Assembly: GCA_035541295.1 (NCBI GenBank)
Contig: DATKNP010000004.1
Location: forward strand, 1-59,845
Origin: Minisyncoccota bacterium
GTDB taxonomy: Bacteria > Patescibacteriota > Minisyncoccia > Phycocordibacterales > UBA2100
Direction: 5' to 3'
DNA: 59,845 nucleotides
In this document: positions 1 through 10,472 of the stretch, in pieces
How the letters are laid out: every line of letters begins with the position of its first letter
Position numbering within the stretch: position 1 is the stretch's first letter
Made by a program: the position numbers and the translations under genes
Notes under the pieces: generated by a model
The model's input: only the letters and a program-made list of their open reading frames with translations
Told to the model about the DNA's origin: nothing
Database searches by the model: none

Positions 1-768
<768 letters not shown>

Positions 769-1046
769 ATTGGACGTTGATCTCCGCGTAAGCGGGGGGA
801 GACTGATAGTCGATTTGAGTGTCCGGCCTGCTATCAGCAGGTCAGCTGACCTGCCTGCCGGCAGGCAGGGCACTCAAGGGTCATGACAGTACGACCCTTC
901 AATCTGTCGGACACATCGGAAAGACGATGCAAGGAACTCCGTAAAAGACGTAAAATCACTTTGTGATTACGTCTCTGCGGGGCACATGGACGGAACAAAA
1001 GAGTGGCTTATCTTCCTGTTTGTAAGTTGTAATTGCTACGAAAAAA

Positions 1047-1078
1047 CGCCGACTCCTTTATGGAACACGGCGGTTTTT
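1047..1078 (+). terminator. Hairpin plus T-run inside the 16S/tRNA-Ile spacer
   Basis: cgccg (1047-1051) pairs with cggcg (1068-1072), followed by gttttt (1073-1078). The stem is short and the loop is long. Confidence 0.3.
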
Positions 1079-1418
1079 GGTTTGGGAAAAATAAAAGCCG
1101 CCGACCCTGATGGATTGGCAGCCCTTTTTATTGTGTCCCTTGTACGGACTAAAACGAATATGTTATGAGCCCGGCCGACGCGATCTTATGTAGCGTTGGG
1201 TTGATGTCGATATGGTGGTCCCACGTTTCGGAATAAGCGCCGGAGCGTCCTCTTACTCAATTCTTTTCTTTTCTTTGCCCTGAAGCCCTTTGGCTTGAGG
1301 TTCTTCCTTTCCTTATGCCCATTAAAAGACATGCATCGCTCCTATTGCGACGCACGGCACGTGCGTCAGCATTTACGCTAGCATAGCAGGTCTATTTTTG
1401 CTACTATCGCCCCTGTAA

Positions 1419-1490
1419 GCGCCGGTAGTTCAGTGGTAGAACGCTGTCCTGATAAGACAGAGGTCGAAGGTCCGATTCCTTCCCGGCGCA
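1419..1490 (+). tRNA. tRNA-Ile (anticodon GAU), no encoded CCA
   Basis: Manual cloverleaf: acceptor gcgccgg/ccggcgc, D stem gttc/gaac, anticodon stem ctgtc/gacag with loop cuGAUaa, T stem gaagg/ccttc, discriminator A. The T loop reads TCCGATT (C at position 55). Confidence 0.9.
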
Positions 1491-1673
1491 CACGCATCCT
1501 CGTATTGTTTGCTACAATGGATCCATGCAATACAGGAACGACAAACAGGGCTCGAAGGTGTTTTTCTTCTTCTTACTTATCGTCATTGTGTATGCCGCCT
1601 TCTTCAACTTCAATATTCCTGCGGCTTACACGTATACCATAAGCAGCGTCGGGAATTTCTTCCACTAGCGTCA

Positions 1674-2822
1674 TTATGTCGCAGCGCCGCGCAGTGCGAC
1701 ACCTGCGGCGATCGCGAATTTTGGTCCGACTTCGCGCAAGACGTCTTCGATGATGATAGGGGCGCGGACTTTTGCAAACGCATCCGCAATTTCCACCTTT
1801 GTATCGAAATGCGCTGCAGCTGATTGAGCGATGTCATCAAGACAGGCGCCGCCGCCGAGAAGCACGACACGCCCGATGTCGACATCGTATTCATTGGCCG
1901 CGGCTTTTATCAATTGTGAACCTTCAGAAAACAACTGTCTGAGCATATCGCGGATCACGGTAGCGACCGCCCTCCGCTCTTCCTCAGTGTAGGATGTAGA
2001 AGTTGCGATGCTTTTGGCGCGTTTGGCATCCTCTGCTTTATCGAAATGCCATCCGCACGCTTGCATTATCTTTTCGGTTATTGCTTGTCCTCCGAGTGGC
2101 ACCACATGCACTCCAACAGGGACTCCTTGTCCGTTGGTAATGCAAAGCTTCGTCGAGGATGCGCCGATGTCCATAAAGAGGGCGGGCCCGGTGGCAGTGT
2201 GCATATTGGATCGAACAGATCCGAAGAGTTCAAGTTCATAAAACTCGACGGCTATTCCGGTGCCCGCGATCGCTGCCCTATACGCTTCGGTCGTCTTTTT
2301 TTCTATAGCGACCATCATCACGTTCTGGATCGAAGCCTGCGCTGGCTCATTCCGTTCGACTCGTGCAAACGCATTCTCCCTAGGGATCTCATCTGAAATA
2401 AATGCCCAATCCAGTACAACGTCATCTATGGGGATAGGCACATATTGCTTGGCTTCGAGCGGCAGGATCTGGCGCATTTGATCAGGATCCCGTTTGGGGA
2501 TCTTTACGAATGTTACCAACGCCGAAGAAACTGGTATCGCGATACCGCATCTTCGCGAGGTTGCGTCAACGGCACCGAAGAGATCGAGGACGGCATCTGA
2601 CAGACGCTTCGGGTCGAGATGCGCAGTCCTCCCTGCCTGCCGATCACCATAAGGACCCAGAAGGATCTCCCCATATGTCTCGAGCACGACGGTGGCGCCC
2701 TCCAGAGAAAGTTGGACGATCTTTATCGAAGATGTCCCAATATCGATACCAATGAATCCGTTACGCAGGAGCGGAGATGCAATGTTTTCAAGGCTTGAAA
2801 TCGGGTTTGATGGAAGCTTCAT
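1674..2822 (-). CDS. pilM: Actin-like ATPase, type IV pilus assembly protein PilM-like (FtsA-like not excluded)
   Basis: 382-aa ORF. N-terminal phosphate-1 motif GIDIGTSSIKIVQL, FMDIGASSTKL, and C-terminal LLGGGACL adenosine motif. The length fits PilM better than FtsA. Confidence 0.6.
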   Translation of the reverse strand: MKLPSNPISSLENIASPLLRNGFIGIDIGTSSIKIVQLSLEGATVVLETYGEILLGPYGDRQAGRTAHLDPKRLSDAVLDLFGAVDATSRRCGIAIPVSSALVTFVKIPKRDPDQMRQILPLEAKQYVPIPIDDVVLDWAFISDEIPRENAFARVERNEPAQASIQNVMMVAIEKKTTEAYRAAIAGTGIAVEFYELELFGSVRSNMHTATGPALFMDIGASSTKLCITNGQGVPVGVHVVPLGGQAITEKIMQACGWHFDKAEDAKRAKSIATSTSYTEEERRAVATVIRDMLRQLFSEGSQLIKAAANEYDVDIGRVVLLGGGACLDDIAQSAAAHFDTKVEIADAFAKVRAPIIIEDVLREVGPKFAIAAGVALRGAAT

Positions 2823-2887
2823 AAGAAAAGTGTATCATGAGGGATACTCCAGAAAGAAGCTATATACGCGATATACCACGACAGACT

Positions 2888-4057
2888 ATGAATGTTCTCC
2901 TAATCACGAATGATTTGAATGTTCTGCGAGAAAACACGCCGGCACGGGCAGCTGTGGAACACTATGCGACTTTCACCAAGCACCTCGTCGTTGTAGTACT
3001 CAACACGAGCCGAGACCGTTATCGAGCACAAAAGGTTTCTGAATCCCTCCTGCTACTCCCGACCAATGCCTACGCGTCCATCTTTGCTCCCCTAAAGGCT
3101 TATCAACACATCATTCACCAACTGTATTTTCAGGGCCGACTGCAAGTGGATCTTGTCGTCGCGGGGGACCCGCTCTTGGCAGGATTCGTTGGATGGTTCA
3201 CCTCAGCACGCTTCCATCGGCCGCTTCTCATCGAATTACGCATGAATGTTCTTTCCCGAAATTATGCAAGCCAATCCTTCGCGCATACCCTCCGAAGTAT
3301 GGTGGGTCGTTTCTTGGTGCGCCGTTCTCATGGTCTTATCATATATTCTGAAGGGATACGCGCTACGCTTGCCGATATAAGTACATCAATCGCCGATCGT
3401 GCAATGCGAGCGCCACACTTCATGGATATCGAAGCATTCCAGAAAGAACCCCTGCATGTGGATCTCGCCGCGAAATACCCACAATTCAAAACCATACTGC
3501 TGACCGTCGCGCCACTCGAGAAAGTATCCAATCTGCAGCTTGCGATCAAAGTTCTTGCAGGAGTGGTAGCTTTATACCCTGACACAGGTCTCGTCATTGT
3601 AGGTGAGGGTTCTTTGTATCGGAAGCTCAAAGCCTATGCGCGGAAGACTGGCATGGCAGAGCATGTCATATTTGAACCTAAGACAGATAACATTTCTTCG
3701 TATTACAAGAGCGCGCGATTCTTCCTGATGACAGCGCTGTATGAGGGATATGACGACCCGCTTGCATATGCCGCAGCGGCGAGCTGTGCTATTGTATCGA
3801 CCGCTGTCGGGATAGCACCAGCAATCATTGAGGATGGTATCTCGGGATTTCTCTGCGAACCACATGACACGGCGAAGCTCGTCACAAGCATAACCACGAT
3901 GATACGCAAGCCGAGCCTTTGTGATAGCGTGCGTCTCAATGCGAATCTCTCGATCCAAAAGTATATGGACAGTGACGAGAAGACGTACATTGAATTTTCT
4001 CGACAGGCATGGGAACAGACGATCAAAGAAGCGTCCAAAGAAGCTGAGTCGGTCTAG
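2888..4057 (+). CDS. Glycosyltransferase family 4 (GT-B, group 1)
   Basis: The ORF-track ORF is 2837-4057. The start was moved to ATG 2888 (MNVLLITND), typical of GT4 N-termini. The C-terminal EX7E-type region is FLMTALYEGYDDPLAYAAAASCAIVSTAVG...DGISGFL. Confidence 0.75.
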   Translation: MNVLLITNDLNVLRENTPARAAVEHYATFTKHLVVVVLNTSRDRYRAQKVSESLLLLPTNAYASIFAPLKAYQHIIHQLYFQGRLQVDLVVAGDPLLAGFVGWFTSARFHRPLLIELRMNVLSRNYASQSFAHTLRSMVGRFLVRRSHGLIIYSEGIRATLADISTSIADRAMRAPHFMDIEAFQKEPLHVDLAAKYPQFKTILLTVAPLEKVSNLQLAIKVLAGVVALYPDTGLVIVGEGSLYRKLKAYARKTGMAEHVIFEPKTDNISSYYKSARFFLMTALYEGYDDPLAYAAAASCAIVSTAVGIAPAIIEDGISGFLCEPHDTAKLVTSITTMIRKPSLCDSVRLNANLSIQKYMDSDEKTYIEFSRQAWEQTIKEASKEAESV

Positions 4058-4078
4058 TCTAATAGAAGAATTATAGCT

Positions 4079-5383
4079 ATGAACTACCACGTCACCGGCG
4101 GGAAGAAATTAAGTGGAGAGGTTACGACCAATATTTCCAAGAATGCTGCGGTGGCGTTGCTCTGTGCATCGCTTTTAAATAAAGGCACGACGATCTTGAA
4201 GCGCATGCCACGCATCGAGGAGCTCAAACGGCTCATTGAGGTACTCGAATCGATTGGCGTCGCGGTTGTGTGGGAAGACGGTGGCAACATCCGTATCACG
4301 CCACCATCGAGGCTAAGCCTCGATGCAATCAATCGCGCGTCCGCTGAGCGGACGCGCTCCATCGCGATGTTCATCGCACCGCTCGCACACCTGATGGGGT
4401 CGTTCGATTTGCCCGCTCCATCGGGTTGCGATCTGGGCAAGCGTAGTCTCGGCGCACATATCGATGCTTTAGCCAAGCTTGGTATCGCGATACGTGGCAA
4501 CGAGGATGCGCATACGTATCATGTCGAGACTGGTACATTGCATCCGGCCGAGATCGTCATGTCGGAAGCATCAGACACTGGCGTCGAGAATGTACTCATG
4601 GCTGCGGCGAAGATCCCCGGGACGACTACCATCAAATTCGCGAGTGCCAACTACATGGTGCAAGATCTCTGCGTATTCCTGCAAGCGTGCGGGGTCAAGA
4701 TAGAAGGTATCGGTACATCAACGTTGATGGTACACGGTGTTGCTGATATCAATACCGACATCACCGGCATTCCGAGCGAAGACCCTATCGAGTCGATGTT
4801 TTTCATCGCGCTTGCTGCGACGACCAAGTCTGAGCTATCGATCCGCCGCTGCCCGATAGATTTCCTCGAGCTTGAGTTGCTCACCCTCGAACATATGGGG
4901 CTTCAGTATGAGCGAGGCCCCGTATACAAGGCAGAGAATGGCAGAGCGAACCTTGTCGACCTCACCATTCATCCATCGATCTTGCATGCGCCAGCCGAGA
5001 AAATCCATTCGATGCCATATCCGGGCATCAATGCGGACAATCTGCCATTTTTCGTACCCGTCGCGACGCAAGCCGATGGCCGCACGCACATTCTTGATTG
5101 GATGTACGACGGAAGGGCAATTCACTATATGGAAATGAAAAAACTCGGCGCCGACATCTTGCTCGCAGACCCGCACCGAGTCTACATCGAAGGTCCGACG
5201 CCGCTTCATGGCGCCGATATCAAGGCACCGCCGGCATTGCGCCCCGCGACCATTCTCCTTATCGGTATGCTTGCCGCAGAAGGGGAGTCGACGCTCCAAG
5301 ACGTCTACCCGATCAATCGCGGCTATGAGAATCTCCATCAGCGATTGAAGGCATTGGGCGCCTCTATCGAAGCGGTGGAATAA
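4079..5383 (+). CDS. murA: UDP-N-acetylglucosamine 1-carboxyvinyltransferase
   Basis: 434 aa, EPSP-synthase/MurA fold. N-terminus is GGKKLSGEVTTNISKNAAVALLCASLL. Catalytic Cys context is PSGCDLGKRSLGAHIDAL. Confidence 0.9.
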   Translation: MNYHVTGGKKLSGEVTTNISKNAAVALLCASLLNKGTTILKRMPRIEELKRLIEVLESIGVAVVWEDGGNIRITPPSRLSLDAINRASAERTRSIAMFIAPLAHLMGSFDLPAPSGCDLGKRSLGAHIDALAKLGIAIRGNEDAHTYHVETGTLHPAEIVMSEASDTGVENVLMAAAKIPGTTTIKFASANYMVQDLCVFLQACGVKIEGIGTSTLMVHGVADINTDITGIPSEDPIESMFFIALAATTKSELSIRRCPIDFLELELLTLEHMGLQYERGPVYKAENGRANLVDLTIHPSILHAPAEKIHSMPYPGINADNLPFFVPVATQADGRTHILDWMYDGRAIHYMEMKKLGADILLADPHRVYIEGPTPLHGADIKAPPALRPATILLIGMLAAEGESTLQDVYPINRGYENLHQRLKALGASIEAVE

Positions 5384-5477
5384 ATCGGCCGTAACGTATA
5401 GAATGCCTCAGTCGGTGGCTCGCTTCGCTACCACACTTGGATTTTCTAAAACGGATTATCGTCAAGAAAATCTCGGC

Positions 5478-5559
5478 GGGCATGTGGCGGAATTGGTATA
5501 CGCGTACGTCTCAGAAGCGTATGGGGAAACCCGTGAGAGTTCAAGTCTCTCCATGCCCA
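5478..5559 (+). tRNA. tRNA-Leu (anticodon CAG), class II with long variable arm
   Basis: Acceptor gggcatg/catgccc, 3-bp D stem gcg/cgc, anticodon stem tacgt/gcgta with loop cuCAGaa, variable arm tggggaaacccgtg, T arm gagag-ttcaagt-ctctc, discriminator A. Confidence 0.9.
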
Positions 5560-5583
5560 CTCGTTATTGGCAAGTGATAGTAT

Positions 5584-6450
5584 ATGCATATGGTGCAGTG
5601 GATCGAGAATCTTAATGCTGACATTTTAGACGGCCTCATCAAAGGCTCAGCGTTGATTGCATTCATTATCATCTCGCAGGGGGTTATATGGTTCCTCAAG
5701 TTTCGGCTTCGTCGCCACTATACGCAAGTGACGAGAGAATTAGCGGATATGGATGAAGTCCAGCAGGCGTCACTCACATACTTCCGCCGTCGCCAATTCC
5801 TTGACGTAATACGTGCGTCGTTACTCCTGGTAAGTCTCCTCATTGGGGTGCTCTTCTACAACATCCAGGCGTTCAGCTTCTTGGCACTTGCCTTGGGTGC
5901 TGTGGTCATCAATCAGAAAGAAAATATTAATTCGGTCATCGCCTACTTCTTCATTCTTTCGAATTATCAGGTCGGAGATGACATTGGCACGATGATCGGC
6001 ATGATGAATAGCCTCGGCGAAATAGTCCGCATTGGACTCTTCAATACGACGCTCGCTGGCAAAGATGAAGCAGGCGAGTACAATGGCAAACGTATCTCAA
6101 TACCCAATTATCAATTCCTCTTGAATCCGGTCGAGCAACAAAACCTAAAGACTGACACCTACCGGCAGATTGTCATGGACATTCCGTATTCGCAGGAGTT
6201 GTATGCGAGGGAATTTGAAGTATTCATCAAAGATCTGCAGGCATTTCTCGATGAGCTCTTGCCGAAGCGTAACTTGCGACAGGTCGGGACATTCCGCGGA
6301 TTTGCCGGTATCCAATACAAAATAAACTTCGATTACAATACGGCCGGCTGCATCGTCGTGCGAATCACATTCATCTCACGCGCACGCGACGTGAGAGAGC
6401 GCAAAGAACGAATCGTCACATTCGTCGAGCACATGAAATCAGCCACATGA
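5584..6450 (+). CDS. Mechanosensitive (MscS-family) ion channel-like membrane protein
   Basis: 288 aa with N-terminal TM helices. MscS-like beta-domain pattern: NYQVGDDIG...GEIVRIGLFNTTLAG...GKRISIPNYQFLLNPVEQQN. Confidence 0.55.
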   Translation: MHMVQWIENLNADILDGLIKGSALIAFIIISQGVIWFLKFRLRRHYTQVTRELADMDEVQQASLTYFRRRQFLDVIRASLLLVSLLIGVLFYNIQAFSFLALALGAVVINQKENINSVIAYFFILSNYQVGDDIGTMIGMMNSLGEIVRIGLFNTTLAGKDEAGEYNGKRISIPNYQFLLNPVEQQNLKTDTYRQIVMDIPYSQELYAREFEVFIKDLQAFLDELLPKRNLRQVGTFRGFAGIQYKINFDYNTAGCIVVRITFISRARDVRERKERIVTFVEHMKSAT

Positions 6451-6477
6451 AATTCCCAAACGAACGGTGCGATCGAG

Positions 6478-7488
6478 CTATTCCGTCGGTGCAACAGGGG
6501 GTGCCTTCTTCTTATCGCCACCGGAATCGACCTCGTAGCTCGTGTTCTGGGCTTCGAAGAAATTGACGAGCTCGAAGACGTCGGTCGCGGTCGACATCCA
6601 TTTGGCCGGGTTGGTTGCGTTGAAGTACTTATCCATACCAAGCTCGATCAAGCGACGGTCGGCAACGTACTGGACGTACTGGTTGACGTACTCAGCATTG
6701 AGTCCGAGGATCCCGCGTGGGAAGAGGTCTTTATTGAAGGCAGTTTCGAGCTCGACGCCTTCGATGATGATGTCGCGGATCTCGGCGGCGAATTCTGGCG
6801 TTACGAGCTCGGGATTCTCTTCGAGAATGCCATGGATGAGATTGATACCGAACTTGAGATGCAACGACTCATCGCGCAGAACCCAGTTGATCATACTTCC
6901 GAGATTGCGGAGTTGGTTGCGTTGACGGAAGCTAAGCGCGACCATGAAGCCCGAGTAGAACCAGATGCCTTCCATGACGACGTTGTAGGCAGCGAGGTTA
7001 CGGACAAAGTCGCGTTTGCCATCGGCAGTCTCGATGTCGAGTTTGACGTCAGTCATGCGTCGCATGTATTTGTTGATGAACTCTTCCTTCGCGGTCATCG
7101 ATGGCACCGACTCATGCAAGGAGAAGGCGCGGTCGCGGTCGATGGGGAAGGTATCGAGGACGTACTCGAACGCGACGCAATGGTTGGCTTCCTCCCACAT
7201 TTGTTTGGCGAGATAGAGATGACATTCGGCTGATTTGAGATACGGATAGACGCCAAGTGCCAAGACGCGGTTGACGATGAGTTCGGACGGATTAAAGAAT
7301 GAAATGAGAAACTCCACTGCATGCCGCTCGTCATCGGTCATCTTTACCCAATCATCGAGATCTTCTTTGAGCGCTATTTCATGCGGGAACCACGTGTTGC
7401 GGACCGCTTGATCGTAGAGCTCTTTGGCCCACGGATAGATGCTCGGATGAATGTTGTAGTCCTTCGGTGCGGCTTTTCCTAATAGCAT
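6478..7488 (-). CDS. nrdB: Class I ribonucleotide reductase, beta (R2) subunit
   Basis: 336 aa with di-iron ligand contexts EEANHCVAFEY and RDESLHLKF, and FYSGFMVALSF. It lies immediately downstream of nrdA on the same strand. Confidence 0.9.
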   Translation of the reverse strand: MLLGKAAPKDYNIHPSIYPWAKELYDQAVRNTWFPHEIALKEDLDDWVKMTDDERHAVEFLISFFNPSELIVNRVLALGVYPYLKSAECHLYLAKQMWEEANHCVAFEYVLDTFPIDRDRAFSLHESVPSMTAKEEFINKYMRRMTDVKLDIETADGKRDFVRNLAAYNVVMEGIWFYSGFMVALSFRQRNQLRNLGSMINWVLRDESLHLKFGINLIHGILEENPELVTPEFAAEIRDIIIEGVELETAFNKDLFPRGILGLNAEYVNQYVQYVADRRLIELGMDKYFNATNPAKWMSTATDVFELVNFFEAQNTSYEVDSGGDKKKAPPVAPTE

Positions 7489-7513
7489 AGTGGCTGCTCA
7501 GCTTAACAAATAA

Positions 7514-10273
7514 TTATTGGCACGCAATGCAGACGTTGGGGTTCTCGGCAGGGTCCATCGGCGCATCGGGGATTGATCGTTGGGTCGTCGCGACTGGTGC
7601 TGCTACGGGCTGCACTGTCGGCGCTTGCGCTATGATGGGCTCGGCACTTGCGCGTACCTCGATGCTTGTCTCGGCGACGATAGGAGTCGTTCGCGCAGCG
7701 ACTGGTTGCATCTCCCGCTGTGGAAGTGTTGAAGGGGTGACCAAAACAGGGGAGGGGGTCGCTGTCACGGTAGAGAATCCGAGCGGGTTGGACGTCGGCA
7801 ACGAGGGTGGGGTGAATGGTGTGGTCTCGATGACGACAGGCGATGGGGTCGATTCGGCAACGGGTTCTGCTGCAGCAGGACTCACAGCCGCTGCCTTGAT
7901 GGCTCCGAATCCGCGCTTGCCCGTCATTTGTGCTTTGTTGACGGTGGTTGTCGACTGCTCGGCAGTGTGCCGCGGCTTCATGTGGAGATAGTACGTGCTC
8001 TTGAGACCTTTTTTCCAGGCGGTCATATAGACACCCTTCATCTCCTCCATATCGCGGCTCTCGAGATACATATTGCGTGACAAGGCTTGGTCAACCCACT
8101 TCTGCGCGCGCGCGGCAACTTCGATGTACGCATGCGGGCTCGTGGTGAATGCAGTACGGTAAATCTCTTTGAGATAATTCGGGATACCGGGCACATTGCT
8201 GATGTCCCCCTGTTCCTCAATGATGCGCTCCTTGATATCCTCCCACAGACCCATGTTTTTGAGGTCTTTGACGAGGTTGTGATTGAGGTCGAGATATTTG
8301 CCGGATATTTTGTTGCGTGAGAAGACCTGCGCGAAGCGTGCGTCGATGCCCGGCGTCGTACCCGCAAGCAATCCGATATTGGCGTTTGGAGCGACAGCCA
8401 TCAGGGTTGCATTGCGCATACCACCTTTGACCTTCGTGCGCAGCAGCCCCCAATCGAGTCGGCGCTGCTTAGTGATTTTCGGAAGGTCGATTTGCATGCC
8501 ACGATCTTTTTCTAGAATTTCAATCGTATCCACCGGCACCATACCCTGCGACCAGCGCGAGCCCGGGAAATTCTTGTAGCTGCCGCGCTCGCGCGCGAGA
8601 TTCGCACTCTCATCGATTGCCATATAGCTGACGAACTCGAAGAGTCGATCGGCGAAATCCCACGCATGCGGACTCTCATAACTCATCGAGAGGCGCTCCA
8701 AGGCATCAGCAAAACCCATGACGCCCAGCCCCACGGCGCGGTTCTCTTTATCGGACTTCGTCGCCTCAGGGATGGAGAGCTTGTTGATGTCGATGAGGTT
8801 GTCGAGGTGACGAATGCCCGAGCGTACCGTCTCCTCAAGCTTGTGCCAATTAACCTCCTTATTCTCAATATGCCCCGCAATGTTGACCGAGATGAGGTTA
8901 CACACAGCGATATTATCTTTGTCCTGCGGGAGCATTATCTCGGTGCAAAGGTTACTCATGTGAATCGTTCCTGTGTTGTTGTTGAGGGCACGCAAGTTGG
9001 CCGCATCCTTCCAGGTGAGCCACGGATGCGAAGTGGACTGCAACGAGGTGAGGATCTGGTGCCATTGTTCCTTGGCTGGTACTTTCTTCCACATCCGGAT
9101 CTTGCCTTGCTTGGCCATTTCTACATATTCGCCGTAGCGGGTACTGAACGCTTTGCCGTAAAGTTCATTGAGGTCGGGCGTTTCCTTCGGGTCGAACATG
9201 TACCAATCGTCGCCCGCCTCGACGCGACGCATGAATTCGTCCGAGAGCCATGCGGCGGTGTTGGCTGTCCGCATGCGCAAGTAGTCGTCGCCCGCATTAT
9301 GCTTCCAGTCGATAAACTCGGGGAAGTCGTAGTGCCAGTTTTCCATGTAGAAACAGAGCGCGCCCTTCTTCTTACCACCGCGTTGAATCGCGCGTATCGC
9401 GGTGTCGATGATCTTTGCAAAGGGAGTGGGACCGGAGGAGGCACCCCCGAAGTTTGACATGAGTGGTGAACCCGTCGCGCGCAGCTTCGTAATCGAGACA
9501 CCTAAGCCACCAGAATCTTTTGATAGAAGCATTACATCAGAGACGGTTTTGGCGATATGTTCCATGTTGTCGTGCATCTCAAGTAGGAAACAGTTGGAGA
9601 GCGAGGAGCGGACGGTGCCCGCGCCGAGGTTCGTCGAGCCACCGGCGATGTAGAGGAGTCGCGACATCTTCTCGTAGAACGAGATCGCAGTTTCGGTCGG
9701 ATTCTTTTCGTTGTAGGAGAGTCCCATTGCAACGCGCATGAAGAAATACTGCGGTGTCTCGAGTGTTTGCTGGTTCGGACCTTTCATCGCATAGCGGTTG
9801 ATGAGACCGTCGACACCTGCATAGACGAACAGCTCATCGCGCTCGATCGCAAGTGCTTCGGAGAGCTTCTCGAGGTCGAACGTAAGCATGTTTTCGTGCA
9901 ATCTACCTTCGGCAACACCTTTTTTTACATATGTCAGGAACGCGGCAGCATGCTTTTTCTTGAGGTCGGCAGGGTTGTCCAGATCGTAGTCACCCACCAC
10001 GCGTCGATAGACGGTCTTGAGGAAGAGTCTGGTCGCAATCTTGTCGTAGTCAGTGTCTTCCTTGATGTTTTGGACGGCTGCGCTGATGGTCGCCTTGTCC
10101 ATTTCTTCGGTCGTTATTCCATCGTACAGGGTCAACTGCGTCTCGGTGGCTATTTGGGTGACCATCGAGATAGGATCGAGCAAACCGACTGCAGCACGTT
10201 CGATAGAGCGGTTGATTTTGTCGGCATTGAAGGGCTCCTTCTCCCCATTGCGCTTTGTAATTGAGATACTCAT
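7514..10273 (-). CDS. nrdA: Class I ribonucleotide reductase, alpha (R1) subunit with N-terminal ATP-cone and long low-complexity C-terminal tail
   Basis: The ORF-track ORF runs to 10369. The start was moved to ATG 10273 (MSISITKRNGEKEPF = ATP-cone start), preceded by ggaaggaaccaaggaacc. Conserved LSNCFL, NLCTEI and STYYLH motifs. The C-terminal CIAC pair follows ~150 aa of P/T/A/V-rich linker. Confidence 0.9.
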   Translation of the reverse strand: MSISITKRNGEKEPFNADKINRSIERAAVGLLDPISMVTQIATETQLTLYDGITTEEMDKATISAAVQNIKEDTDYDKIATRLFLKTVYRRVVGDYDLDNPADLKKKHAAAFLTYVKKGVAEGRLHENMLTFDLEKLSEALAIERDELFVYAGVDGLINRYAMKGPNQQTLETPQYFFMRVAMGLSYNEKNPTETAISFYEKMSRLLYIAGGSTNLGAGTVRSSLSNCFLLEMHDNMEHIAKTVSDVMLLSKDSGGLGVSITKLRATGSPLMSNFGGASSGPTPFAKIIDTAIRAIQRGGKKKGALCFYMENWHYDFPEFIDWKHNAGDDYLRMRTANTAAWLSDEFMRRVEAGDDWYMFDPKETPDLNELYGKAFSTRYGEYVEMAKQGKIRMWKKVPAKEQWHQILTSLQSTSHPWLTWKDAANLRALNNNTGTIHMSNLCTEIMLPQDKDNIAVCNLISVNIAGHIENKEVNWHKLEETVRSGIRHLDNLIDINKLSIPEATKSDKENRAVGLGVMGFADALERLSMSYESPHAWDFADRLFEFVSYMAIDESANLARERGSYKNFPGSRWSQGMVPVDTIEILEKDRGMQIDLPKITKQRRLDWGLLRTKVKGGMRNATLMAVAPNANIGLLAGTTPGIDARFAQVFSRNKISGKYLDLNHNLVKDLKNMGLWEDIKERIIEEQGDISNVPGIPNYLKEIYRTAFTTSPHAYIEVAARAQKWVDQALSRNMYLESRDMEEMKGVYMTAWKKGLKSTYYLHMKPRHTAEQSTTTVNKAQMTGKRGFGAIKAAAVSPAAAEPVAESTPSPVVIETTPFTPPSLPTSNPLGFSTVTATPSPVLVTPSTLPQREMQPVAARTTPIVAETSIEVRASAEPIIAQAPTVQPVAAPVATTQRSIPDAPMDPAENPNVCIACQ

Positions 10274-10472
10274 AGGTTCCTTGGTTCCTTCCGAAATAAA
10301 ATAGCCACTAATGTTTCTATTAGCGGGCGGTGAAAGAGCTCCGAGGAGGCCTCGTAGTCTTGCGCGCACGCTAGTCAGGGAATGTGTTCGCGAATCCAGT
10401 CAAGATTCCGTATCAATCGATCGCGGTTATCATTATGCACCTTTTTGCAGGTGCGCGCTGGATGAAAATTAC

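Noticed and set aside
986-1168. 60-aa ORF in the 16S/tRNA-Ile spacer
   Set aside because: It has no RBS or promoter context and an odd composition. It spans the terminator-like hairpin at 1047-1078, so it is most likely non-coding spacer.
5403-5615. 70-aa ORF between murA and the MscS-like gene
   Set aside because: It completely contains a well-formed tRNA-Leu(CAG) at 5478-5559.
8666-9457. 263-aa plus-strand ORF
   Set aside because: It is antisense to the highly conserved core of nrdA. This is the typical long shadow ORF of a GC-balanced gene.
7514-10273. Intein or insertion in the long NrdA
   Set aside because: The conserved blocks are contiguous. The extra length is fully explained by the ATP-cone and the C-terminal low-complexity tail, and no intein splice motifs were seen.
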